DNA of 64,000 nucleotides from Veleropilina oligotropha (Eukaryota): NCBI GenBank assembly GCA_048128005.1, contig JBEUKZ010000093.1, positions 1 to 64,000 of the forward strand, read 5' to 3'. Shown piece by piece: positions 33,977 to 46,700 of this stretch (position 1 is its first letter; each line of letters starts with the position of its first letter). The notes under the pieces were generated by a model. It saw only the letters and a program-made list of their open reading frames with translations, ran no database searches and was not told where the DNA came from. The position numbers and the translations under genes were made by a program.

Positions 33977-34408
33977 ATGAAATCCATGAAATCTATGCTA
34001 CTGTGCACTGTCGCGGTGTGCTGGCTAGGAGGTGTTTCTACCCAGGCGTCGACACACAACACTGCATTAATTCTGGAACATACGTGGGCAAGGTACCGAA
34101 ATCATCCCAGGTATAACGCCCGATTTGACCCCTTGCGAAGAAACCTGCTACTACGCCCGGGTAGAGACCCCACCCCTGATGTCTCCCCACCCTCGTGCCA
34201 CTACTTTATTATCGGAGAGAATGACTGTAGCCCTGCCACACCCCGAAATACTGTCACATGTGTCCAGTGTTCGACCCCCTCGTTATGTCCTGGCAAGAAT
34301 GGGAAGTATTATACCATGCTGTCTGGCTGCTTCGGTGTGTGGAGAAAAGTCGGGCACATCTCGCCCTGTAATTGTACTTTAATATCGGGTAACTATATAT
34401 TCATATAA
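33977..34408 (+). CDS. Putative secreted Cys-rich protein
   Basis: Signal-peptide-like MLLCTVAVCWLGGVSTQA; 8 Cys in the C-terminal half. Confidence 0.55.
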   Translation: MKSMKSMLLCTVAVCWLGGVSTQASTHNTALILEHTWARYRNHPRYNARFDPLRRNLLLRPGRDPTPDVSPPSCHYFIIGENDCSPATPRNTVTCVQCSTPSLCPGKNGKYYTMLSGCFGVWRKVGHISPCNCTLISGNYIFI

Positions 34409-34457
34409 ACAGCTGCTCCTGCATTAAAAGATATTTTTCCGGCTTTCCCCTGCGTAT

Positions 34458-34728
34458 ATTGTACCATTCAAAGTTGGTTGAAGTTCACGCAGGGGCTGCT
34501 TCACCTCTTTGTCTGATTGCGCTTGTAAAAAAAAAAGATAAAATTGAAAAACTCGAAAAAAAATATTCTGTTTATTATTATTATTGCTTAGTGCATTCAT
34601 AGTATGTATCATTGATGTCTCTCCTGTATATTCTTGTGTACATTGTACTGTAATATTAGTTATAGTTTGTACTGCGCTTAGAGCCACACTAGGAGAGACA
34701 TCAATGTATTAAATAATAATATTAATAT
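34458..34728 (+). mobile_element. L2-like LINE 3'UTR fragment inside the viral element
   Basis: Close reverse complement of 16760-17026 (e.g. GTACCATTCAAAGTTGGTTGAAGTTCACGCAGGGGCTGCTTCACCTCTTT). Confidence 0.85.
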
Positions 34729-35450
34729 CCCAGTCAGCCATTCGTGCCCGATTTATGAATGGCAACAGTCGTTAAAAGCATGACAGGTCGCTGTCGTCGA
34801 CCCATTGTCCGATTTATGAATGAAATACCTCACATCAATAGATATTGTTGGATTAGGCGAATCGCATGCGTTTCAGGTCGATCCATTGTCCGATTTATGA
34901 ATGAAATACCTCGCAGGCGAATCGCAAACAGAATTTCATGCCACAGCTGCCGAGTCGACCCAGATATAAAAATTTTCTGGCTCAGTGAAGAAAGTTTGAC
35001 CCAGATTTCTTTTTCTTGTAACCGTGCTTCCGTTTAGCACAGATTTCTTTTTCTTGTAACCTTGTTTATGTAGTTACCGTATTTTAGTCGAGTCATTCGT
35101 CATGTGGCAATACAGCCTTCTAGAATGATCTAGAATAGACTCGATGATTCTAGAATAGACACCAAGATATCAAGCCCGAATATCACAGAGCCTGTCCGCC
35201 GACAGTCTAGACAGTTCTCGACACGGATACAAACATACACCAGGGCCCGGCCGGGGTAGTGGACTGTCTGTACACACGGTAACTTTTTGTAATACAAGCC
35301 CTACCCTCAGTCCCAAAATATAGCTGGGAGCCTCCACGGTCGCCCCGGGGCCCTAGTCTAAACTCCCCTGCTGACTAGTCCGAGCTACACTGAGTTCTGA
35401 ACGGGTGCTGGGCGCCGTATTTTCCCATTCTATTAGAGTACACTGACCCC

Positions 35451-35556
35451 CCCTGCTGCTGAGTTGAGATCCATATTAATTCTGAAAAGGTGCTGGGAGC
35501 CTTAATTTCCCTCGCCGCACCCCCACATAAAAGGTATGGTCACCCCCCCTGCTGCT
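35451..35556 (-). repeat. Right terminal inverted repeat (imperfect extension to ~35383)
   Basis: Ends GGTATGGTCACCCCCCCTGCTGCT followed by ACGTG. Confidence 0.97.
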
Positions 35557-35561
35557 ACGTG

Positions 35562-35966
35562 TGCTTATCAACCATTATACTGCTCAACTTTCTCATCGCA
35601 ATGATGAACGATACTTACCAAAGCATTCTGCAGCATCATCAAATCCGATGGAGATTGGACTCGGTTCGAGTGGGACTAGACATGGAACAGATACTGCCAG
35701 CAGTGACGAATTTGATTTCCAAGTTTACTGTCAAGAAAAGGCAGGCTCCTGGAATTTCAGACCAAAACGAAATGACCAGAACCAGATGGTATCTTACAAT
35801 TTCCAAAGATAAATTATCTCAACTGTTGAATAAAGAAAACGATGAAAAAGACGCAATGGAACTTGTTACGAAACGACTAGAAGCATTGGAAGAGAAAATT
35901 GACTTTAATACACAGCAAATAGTTGACTTGCGACGTTATCTGGAGGCTAGAGATGCTCAAGGATGA
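35562..35966 (+). pseudogene. TRPV-like channel, 3' part (S6, TRP domain, C-terminal coiled coil)
   Basis: CLSTIILLNFLIAMMNDTYQSILQHHQIRWRL matches TRPV S6/TRP helix; joins in frame to ...LYIVYV at 19630. Confidence 0.9.
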
Positions 35967-37762
35967 ATGTTATAATATCGCATTTGTAAAATTTCTCAAA
36001 ATTTGACTCATTTATAAACTACGCTAAGAACTCGACAAATAAATTATCGCCTACGTACATGACATGGAGACTTTTCTATTGCGATTGGGGCTTTATAAAA
36101 AATAATTTATTAATCACATAATAATATTCATATCATTAACAGGACGTATTCCTTTACTCAGCGAGTGGTACTAGATATTGCTTCTTGAATTATTGCTCAA
36201 TGGGAGATAACTCTAATTGCGCTGAATAGTAAGATTGCGGATCTGTCCCTCATGAAAACGCATATGGACAATTTATCTATTAAAGAAAAACACAGCTCAT
36301 GGTGTCATATATTTCATCTTTTTATTATATACGAGTAAATCACTGTCTGTAACGTCTTCGCCGCGCAATGCGTCTGCGAAAGATTTATTGCATCGACATA
36401 TTAATATTGGCATATTATGTTACATAACACAGTAGCCTACTCCAGATACAAAATGTATTACGATATTCCCAGAAATAATCATTGTTATAATGAGCGCCTC
36501 CCGCAACACAGTTTCCCAACGCATGTATTTATGTGCTCATTTTGTTAATGGTGGCAATACGAAAATATGAGAAGCATAAATGAGACATTGTGGTCAAGTT
36601 CACATAGTAGGCCTACATTATTTACATGGACTATATGTCGCCCTTTTCGCTACTGTGCAAGACATTTCTGCTGATATATTGGGCAGTTACATTGAGTGGA
36701 ATGCATTACACATGTAGAGTGATTTCACGCCGAGACCAGGTGGTCAATCTCTGATCAATCACATTGGCTTGGTTTCATCTTGTTGCACCTTTCTTGATTT
36801 CCCCGTGAAAAGAGCACTTAATCCTGCCACCCCCTCCCCCCGACTGCACTTTTCACCAAGGATATAGCAGTCGCGGTTGTTCATAATCGGCGAACGTTGA
36901 TGGATTTTCCATGACATGACGATTTTTCCTGCACTATAATATTGATGCATCAAACTGAACAACAGAATAGCCAATCGTATGATATATTTGCATGGGATGC
37001 CAAAAGTCTGCGACTAAGGATGAACTAAATATCTGTGTTTTAAGGATATGTGCAATTTGGAACCATAATATCGATGGAGTAAAGGGACGCCCCGATAGTC
37101 AAATCACTTGATTCCGTTAACACGATCATTTTGGGTTCGAATATCGGTTGGACATTGGCATTGTTTGGTCAGTTATGTCCAAAGTTATCCGTAACTTGTC
37201 GGAGAGACCGGGTTTCCCGGGCGACCAGGCTTTCTTCCCGTGATAATATGGACAAGTCCTTCTTTGAACCTGATGGTTGTAAATATACAGGACATTAAGC
37301 ATCGATCCAATCCAATCAATGGAGTAAAGGATTGGACGCCCATACCACGCAAGTAAACTAATTCGAAATGGTGACGGATAAGGTAACAAACAGTCTAATA
37401 ATATGGCCACAGTATATTTCACAACGGTTAAAATATAAGGATATGACATCTGCAAACAATAGTTCATGCACTACAATAAATTTCTTACATCGAATGATAC
37501 GATCCTGTTAGTATTGATGTTAGTATCTTTATAATAACTGTGATCCAGTGCAACATTTATACAGACTCACAAAGTTAGTAAAGAAAACAAAATAATTTTT
37601 TCCGGTTTTGTATCGCCCTATGATAAAGTCGGTAAAGTATACCCTATTTTGTGTTAGAAATAAAATCATCTAAAGAAGCTACCCGTATTACACTAAGTGA
37701 CCAATACGGTCGTTTACATTGTAGGAAATGCTCCAAATATAAAATATATCTGTGTTCTATGC

Positions 37763-40700
37763 TCAATCGCTCTCGTCTAATACAACGCCATCATCATCAT
37801 CATCATCCTCCTCCTCCTCCTCCTCATCATCATCAACATCATCATCATCGAAGTCCGAATCTGATCCATCTGGTATCTCTTCTTCTGAGTCAGTATCCAG
37901 GTCCCCTGGATCTTCCTTCTCATCATCACTGTTCACGACGTTGACCTTCAAGGCCAGTTCTGAAAATGAAATGAGAATAAATAAAGAGTGCAATTTTAGC
38001 CAATTAATTTAACGTTGCATCCTACTTTTCACAAAAAACTAAATATTGGAATGGATACATGGATTGATGCTTAATGTCATGTATATTTGCAACCATTAGG
38101 TTCATGGCAGGACATCTGTCCATATTTTCACGGGAGGAAAACCCGGTCACCCAGCGAAACCCGCCCTCTCCGGCGGGTTACGGACAACTGCGATTGATAA
38201 CTGAACAAATAATGTCTTGTCTTAACTGAGATTCTAACCCACACCTGTCAGCACAATCGAGCCAGTGATTTCAGAGTCGGCGCTCGATACCACACGACTA
38301 TCGGGACGACCCTTGTTATTATGGGGAAAAATTAAAGCGCATACTGGTATTTAACTTTGGTAGTTTTCACAAAGATGGGAGTATACATTAATTATCCATG
38401 ATGATATGATTTAGTAAAAAATTAAAGGATCGATGCTTAATGTCCTATATATTTCCAACCATCATTTGGTTCAAAGCAGGACATGTCCATATTATCGCGG
38501 GAGGAAATCCCGTACGCCCGGGACAACCCGCCCTCTCCGACCAGTTACGGCCAACTGTGATTCATATCTTGAACAAATGTGTGATGTCCCAGCCGAGGTT
38601 TGAACCCACTACTGTTTGCGTCAGCAGAATCAGGCCAGTGATTTTTCGAAACCACACGACTGTCGAAACGGTCTCTTTTAGTAAAAATCAATTCATTGAG
38701 CTTTAGATGTTCATATTGATAGACACCATGAAGTGAACACCCGATATTCGAATCCATAAACTTTGTGTTATTATACAAGGGCTGTATGAACTTACGCCAC
38801 ACTGTCCAAATGTTTCGATTAGACATATATAAAGATGTAGAAAGGCGGTAGATACTTCAGTCACGTGACTACCATAGTACTGTATTTGGACAAGAAAATT
38901 CGAAAAGTAGCACACGCTATATATTTCATATGGGCGTTTATCATGTGAGCATTGAAGACATCACAAAATGTTAAATATGCATGGTCTCATAAGCTGGTTC
39001 CAAAGTACTCACTTTCCCCATGGTACAGTATGGGTGGTTCTTTGCTCATATTGTGGTCCGGAGAATTTCTTTGAGATAGTGACCACGCAACGATCTCTGG
39101 AACTTCACTGGCATCACCAACAAGTGTGCGCCCGTTGTTGCATAAGATCAAATTTATATTCTGAAGTAAAGTTTATTAAGATGACATTTGCATTAGTATT
39201 AATTTTATTTACGATATTTTAAAAGAACAAATGTTTGCCACTTAATGCACAAAAGTTCCCATCCCGCCGCTCAAGTGAATACTGCAATCCACAAAGTCAC
39301 CTATCCGAAACACCACGTATGCAGACAAAATATCCATGCGCCTACTGTGAACTTCAACAACATCAAGGTCACCATATATCTATGGCATCTTCCTGTGAAA
39401 TATCAATTACATTTGCGAATGCTGGCGGCATCGAGACATCGAGTTTACTTGATTAAATGGTAAAGTACATTAAGCTACCTCGAAAATGAGGTCAATGTCA
39501 CTATTATCGAGTGTGATATCCCAAAAGTATTTTCCCAACAAACATAAATGAAGTTTGTTGATTCTGTAAGCTTGAAAATAAAGTCAAGTTCACTATAATC
39601 GTCCACATTATCGCCTGGGTAAGCTCGCCTGCACCGGCCAGCTATGGACAACTCTGACTGATAATTGATCTCTGTCGATAATTCGAACCCACTTCTGGTA
39701 ATGAGAGCAGTCATGCACTCCCGGTCGGACTTTGCTTCAACGATACTATGGATGTATCCTGTTATGAATCTGAAGGTTGGTAATCAGAGCAGTCCTCCAC
39801 ACCAAGTAAAAACTGATGTGAGACCGATCTCCAAAGACGAGTTATTGCCCTTGTCGGGTCCATATACAATGTAGCATAGCACAGTCGACGCTTGCGCAGG
39901 AGATTGAAGCGAGACGTGACTTCGCTTTTCTTGAACATCAAATACAGAATAAACATTCAGGAAGTGGACACAGTAATGAAGCTGGCAGTAGTATGGAATA
40001 TAAGTTGTCGAGTGTTGTCGCGGTAAACATGGTGCATTGAATACCGCATGACGTTGAACCACGAGGCGTTAGACGAGTGGTTTAATGTTATAAGGTATTC
40101 AATGCACCGTGTTTACAAAGACGCTGCCCGACAACGTATTTATCGTGCGTTATTATTCGAACCTGAAAGGGCAAGGTCCTACCTTGGATCATAACATTGC
40201 TGTTTTTTATAATCATAACCGTGATGTATAGGCATTCAAAATGGCAGACGACGACTTCAGTAACGTCTACTCAAGGTTGTTCAAACGAGAACATTATCAT
40301 TGACAAGGACGTCACAAAGACTATGACGTCAGCCAAGGCAAAAGCTTTCATATACCACGCCAGGTGGGGTTTATGATCAGTTAATAAAACGACGTCAGCC
40401 AATCAGAAGAGATGATTCACGGCAAGAGTAAGATAATATATTATATAATCGGATAATGCGCATAGCAATACAATTTCAACTTTGGCTGCAGAGCCACCCA
40501 TTTGTTTATGAAACGTGATCGTTGACAATCATCAGAAAATCTTATGTTGATACTTGACTAAACTGGAAATAGGTCATGTTTTCAATTGTAATATCTAGCG
40601 CAACACAACAATCAGTTACCTGATAATCGGGTTTATATGTTGCAAGTCGTTCATACGTTTTTCTATCAAACATAGATATGACTTGGCCATCGTCATCATA

Positions 40701-43700
40701 CACCATGATTTCTCCACCATTCTGCACACATGAAATCATGCCGCACTGGTTGTGCCCAGGTGAAGTCTTTGTAAGATGCCCTGGAATTACACCCAGTGTT
40801 ATTATTACACTCACTCACATAGGGTTTGATTGATTGAATTGATGTTTAACGACCACACTGGTAATATTTAAGTCATAACCGAGACATTCGACTGAAAATT
40901 CTAAAATTACTAGATATAATATAAGAAACAGTAATCTTTTATTGCATTAGCTCATAAAAAATGTCTTAAGGCAATTGTTACATATTTAAACAAGAACGAC
41001 GCGTTCGAAATTGACCTTTCTTTATTTCCCTCAAATTTTCATAACAGTTAATACAATGGCTTTTAAAATAGCTCTTGAAGTGTGAAATTTGGTCTAAATC
41101 AACGCATTCCAATGATGTCGTAGTTTTTGCAGCGGATTAATCGCGAGAACGCCGCAAAAACTACGACGTCACGAGAGGTTTCCGATGTGCCAGAATCCAC
41201 ACAATAACTGATAACATTTTTATTATATGCCACAACAAGTTTCTTATTAAATTGAATCGAAAGATTATGGTAATTTTAGTCACGAATCTGTAAGGGAGGC
41301 TGAAATAGTATAGGACTATATTGGAAGCGGTTCCTACGATTTGTCAGCCATTTTGAATATATAAGCAGGAGACGTTTTCCTGTGCATATATAAGCAGGAG
41401 ACGTTTTCTGAATCGATATCAGCTGTGTCCGTGATACAGGGTCTCGGAAAACTGCGCGAGAATAGGCGTCCGAAAACGACTGGCATATAATAAAATAATG
41501 TATGCTTTACTGTAGGGACAGTCGCACAAGGTATATGCCCTAGTGGTGGCGGTTCCCCTTCAGAAGGTAAGAGTGAGTGCGGTGAGCATACCCTTTTCTC
41601 GGTCTAGCAAAGACGACCTCTTCACGACGAATGAACCTGTCAGAAGGGCACATTCGCTGATATTAGGTTGAACATTCTGCGATTATTCCCTGTGCTTTCA
41701 TTCCACATTACGTTGCCAGGTAGTTTGAAATATATTTATATTGTGTTTAAAATTTGAGTTCTGAGTTTTGAAATGTATATGCCAGTTAAAATGTAACGCT
41801 GATTTTCTGATTTATCACCTTTGTCATTGCCTTCGATGCAATATGGCCGCTTCCACAGTACAGTGGAACAGTAGTGGGTTCAAACATCGGCAGGGGCAGC
41901 ACATGTGTTCAAGTTATGAATCACAGTTGTCCGTAACTGGTCGGAGAGGGCGGGTTTACCAGGTGACGTCATCCATCAGCAGAAGACGCTCTAGAACATC
42001 AGCTACTGCAACCTTAGCAGCGATGATGGGTACACTCAAATTTTCATTATTGAAGTTGTCATTGGACAGAAATAACATCGCATCTTTCTTGTATTCTTTA
42101 AATAGATCCTTTTGTCACCCGGATATCGTTGGTTGCGCGTTAAGCACCACCGTCTAACCACTTCTTCCAAAATAAATTTTGATAGATACTTCGCAAAACC
42201 GTAAACTTGCCTGTTCGGAAATCGAAGACACACAGCTTTGAGGCATAGGACGCTATCATGACGTGCGAGTCATCTACAATGCACGCAGACTCCACGTCCA
42301 TACTCGCCTCTCCAGCCATAGATTCTTCGTATTCATCTAGGTCCACCAAATGATGGACGACATTATCTGATTGAAAAAATCAAACAAGTATAAATAAATA
42401 AATTAATATATATATATATACCGTATATATATATCAGTTTTACCCCACTATTAAGTTACCAATTATTGCATCATAATATTAATATTGTGGGTTCATATCA
42501 CATAGTATAACTACAATATACAGTAGTGAGAAAAGGTTGGGATCAAAAATAGATACTTGTGTGACACCACAGAGTAACTTTTGATGTGTTGATATAGCAT
42601 CATTGATAGCGTTCCAAAGAACACGGTAGCTAAATAAAATAATTCCAGTACATTTTCAGTAATGTCAATTTGTTTATTCCACAGCCTTAAAATCGCACAT
42701 ATTAGGCTGTTAGCCATTTTCTGAACAGTAAAACTTGGTCTTTACAGTCGAAGCCTAATGTCCCCTTCAGGACCCTTCAGTACCCTTCAGTACCCTTCAG
42801 AACCCTTCAGGACCCTTCAGTACCCTTCAGTACCCTTCAGTACCCTTCAGGACCCTTCAGGACCCTTCAGTACCCTTCAGTACCCTTCAGGACCCTTCAG
42901 GACCCTTCAGTACCCTTCAGGACCCACCAGGACCCTTCAGGACCCTTCAGCACCCTTCAGCACCCTTCAGGACCCTTCAGTACCCTTCAGGACCCTTCAG
43001 GACCCTTCCTTCAGGACCCTTCAGGACCCTTCAGGACCCTTCAGTACCCTTCAGGACCCTTCAGTACCCTTCAGGACCCTTCAGGACCATTCAGGACCCT
43101 TCAGGACCCTTCAGGACCCTTCAGGACCCGCCAGGACCCTTCAGGCCCCTTCAGGACCCTTCAGGAACCTTCAGACGTGGGGTCATACCTGGATAGTCCA
43201 TATTAGAGCGTCGCTCAGTGGCTTAGTGGATAAGGCCGTGAATCCTAAATCATTTGCCTGATTGCTCCGACTCACATGAGCGGGCTCGAATCCGCGACAG
43301 GGCACTTAACAGTCACAGTTGTCAATACCTGGCTGATGCGGATGGAATTTCATCCAGTGACAAAAAATAACGATATTTGCGGTAGAAGGGAGGTAATATA
43401 CTAACTAGAATACCAGTGCATCTAGTTCCACAAGTTTATCAATGACCAGGTACGACCGATTCAGGATATATCTATTGGGCTGGGTATGGCTGATGCAGGT
43501 CGCAGAGTTAAATTAAAATCCAATTCCTTCAACCCAGATTTCGAAATTGTTTTCACTACATTACTAACATCTATTTCAGTCAAAACCTAGTACGCATCCA
43601 CCATTTGAAATAAAATAAAAACAGCATTGAAACATTCAGGCATACAGAGATAAAATTGAAACAATTTCCAGTTCAGATACATCACCATGGAAACTAAAGA

Positions 43701-46700
43701 CCCCAGTAATCGACCTACAGTTTACATCGCGTAAAACATCAAACACAAACGCAACATTATACTTAGCAAAAATAAATGATTTGAAAGTAAAATATTCTAA
43801 TAGAATAAACATGTATATGTTGGTATATTTCTTCCATCCACATATCCACAAATTTATGTGGTCTTAATATCAAGATAATTATGTAGTTATCTACATAATA
43901 TATCTACTTAGTCACATAAATGTGCCGATGTCTAGATAACATATCTATAGTTAGCGAGATACAGTATGTTTTGTGCTAATATATATTTATCTCAAAATTC
44001 GATGCGATGCTCCGAAGTTCCATCTGCATATCTAATTCAAGATAACGGAAATATCGTAGACGAGAAACGCTCAAATCTGATTTGACGCAATGAGTCCAAT
44101 CGCGCAATTTGAAAGATCTGAATTCATTTGTTAATAGTGTTGCACATTTTTAGGTGGACACCACCTCCAGACGTGACTCTGATCGTCAGTCCGGCTGTCC
44201 ATTTCATTATATAGGCCTACTGTATGTAGATATGTCGATGGCCGTTTGGATCAATGCATAGATTTTCGAGGGATATATCCGCTTACGCAAAAGTTAATGT
44301 ATGTCGCTAACTATATATATTATCTAGATATCTAGATAAATATCTAGATACTAAGATCACATAATATAGTGGATATGTGAGTATGTGGATGGCAGAAATA
44401 TGCCACCATACCTTATACACTGATGCTTTACAAGCATTTATTTCACCATTGTTCAGATCGATGGACACCATATATGTAGGTTCGTCGACGTCGTCGTCGT
44501 CCTCTTCCGTTTTCTTGTGACCCTTCGGAAAACGTTCGATGGAAGTGAGCAAATAACCACCGTCATTAGACAGCGCTCCATGGGTGAGGTCGAGGACCTC
44601 AGATCCCGTAACGTGATTCGTGATTGTTCTAAACAATTGGCAGTCGTCTGCATGATATACGTAGATACTGTTGTGTTGCGAAAAGGAAACAGCAAATACC
44701 GATCCAATGTCATTGGTCTGAAATGAATATGTTTTTTAATTGAGGAGTCAGACATCCAAGGATGAAAATAGACTTCAATCGATGCTAAAATAGGAAATTC
44801 ACAGGAATATCGCATTTCGTGAAGCCCTGACATATTTTTCTGTTTTACGGCGACAAACTACGGCAACAAGGACACAAATGATTGTTCTATTTTTTTTAAG
44901 ATTTAAAGAGAGGAGACCATAACAACTAATAATTATCAATCAAAATGCCTTGAACAAAGTAGGAAAAAAGTAATTTGCGTCACTACTTATTTGGAGACGA
45001 AATCATTCAAATCGGTGCAAGCAAAGTTTCGCAGGTAGTTCAACTATCCCCAGAAAAGCCAAATATATCGTTGGGTACACAAATTTCAAGCCACAACATC
45101 AACAAGAAGGCAGAAACACCCAGATCTGGCAGGAAGCTGACTGCAAGATCTCCTGACAATGCCATGTCAGCTAGTGTGAGTTTATGCTTGATCTGGATTA
45201 TGTATGGGTACAGGTAAAGATCCTTTATCAAGATTATTTGCACTGACGCACGTGAAAGACTCAGTTCTTGGGAACGTCTTCGGATGACTTTTTCGGACTC
45301 CTTCCAACAGAATCTGTCACCGCATTCACATTGTCAGGAGATCTTGCAGTCAGCTTCCTGCCAGATCTGGGTGTTTCTGCTTTCTTGTTGATGTTGTTTA
45401 CTGATTCTGTGGCTTGAAACTTGTGTACCCAACGATAAATTTGTCTTTTCTGGGGAGAGTTGTTAAAGGTGAACTGCATACAAATATAAGTAGTGACGCA
45501 AAATATGTTTTCCTCCTTTGTCCACAGCATTTTGATTGATAATTATTAGTTGTTATGGTCTCCTCTCTTTAAAACTTAAAAAATAGTACAAGAACATTAA
45601 TATTGATAATTATTAGTTGTTATTGTCTCCTCTCTTTAAATCTAAAAAAAATAGAACAAAAACATTAATATTGGCAGAATTATTAGCAGTCACATGGGTT
45701 CCATGTATATTGAGACACCCTGTATTTTGAACACATCGTTCTTGTTAAGACCGGATATTGTAACAATCATTATAAAGTCAGTGAAAATGTTATTGTATGC
45801 AAATGATAGCGCCACTTTTCGTCTGCACTATGCGCGCGCAAATGTGACTTACAACAATGGAGTCCACTTCCGGATCCAGCCAAAAGACTATTGCAGTAGT
45901 CCAGCCTTGACAGGATTAACGACACAGTTAAAATTTTGGCTGATTTTGTAGTTAGAAACTTGCGGATGGAGCTAATGTTTCTGATGACACTAAAACATTG
46001 CTTTGATACTTGTGTTACGTGATTGTCGCTCGCTGTCAAGAATGACTCCAAGATTTCGTACAGCGTCAGGGAGAGCAATAGATGAAGATCCAACAGTGAA
46101 TGATATGACTTCAGATTGCTTTCTTCTTGCAGTTGGACCAAGGCGTATTGCTCTTGTTTTCTGGTCATTCAGCTTGAGTTTATTGTGTGTTGTCCAGGCT
46201 TCACTTCGTCGTAACACATAGACATATTGGAAATGGCAGCATCAGCAGAAATGACTGTTGGTTTTAAGACATCAAATAGTTGTGTCATCTGCATAAAATT
46301 GGCGATGAAGATTGTGCTTTGCAACGAGATTACCAATGTACTTGGTGTAGAGAGTGAAGAGAACGGGTCCAAGAACAGAACCTTGTGGAACTCCGCAATC
46401 CAAGCTGACTGGTGGTGCAAACGAATTATCTACTACAACTGATTGAGACCTGTTGTTCAGATACGAATGAAACCATGCCAAAGCCTGTCCCCTGATTCCA
46501 AACTGGTCGTCGAGGCGTAGAATCAGGTTGTCGTGGTCGATGGTATCAAAGGCTGAGCTCAGATCGAGCATTACTAGCAGGGAAACATTTCCTTTGTCGA
46601 TACCAGAGCGAATGGTATTGACGACATCAAGAAGAGCAGTTTCAATGCTGTGACCCTGCCGATAAGCTGACTGGAAGGGTTCATAGAGATCATGCATCTG

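Larger units (their letters stand above)
19631..35556. mobile_element. Endogenous Polinton-like / adintovirus-like dsDNA virus, 15926 bp
   Basis: TIRs, ACGTG TSD (19626-19630, 35557-35561), integrase, packaging ATPase, capsid-like ORFs, PolB-helicase, dense intronless GC-rich ORFs contrasting with AT-rich host. Confidence 0.95.

Noticed and set aside
35490..35556. Start of the 158-aa ORF and tail of ORF 19292-19711
   Set aside because: Both are read-through into the viral TIRs
39475..39880. Coding-looking stretch in an NWD intron
   Set aside because: In-frame stops and no recognisable motif or clear splice fit
42758..43261. 167-aa Pro-rich ORF (also ORF 54340-54813)
   Set aside because: Translations of tandem repeats
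43207..43300. Possible tRNA gene
   Set aside because: A and B boxes present but no convincing cloverleaf; treated as a SINE head
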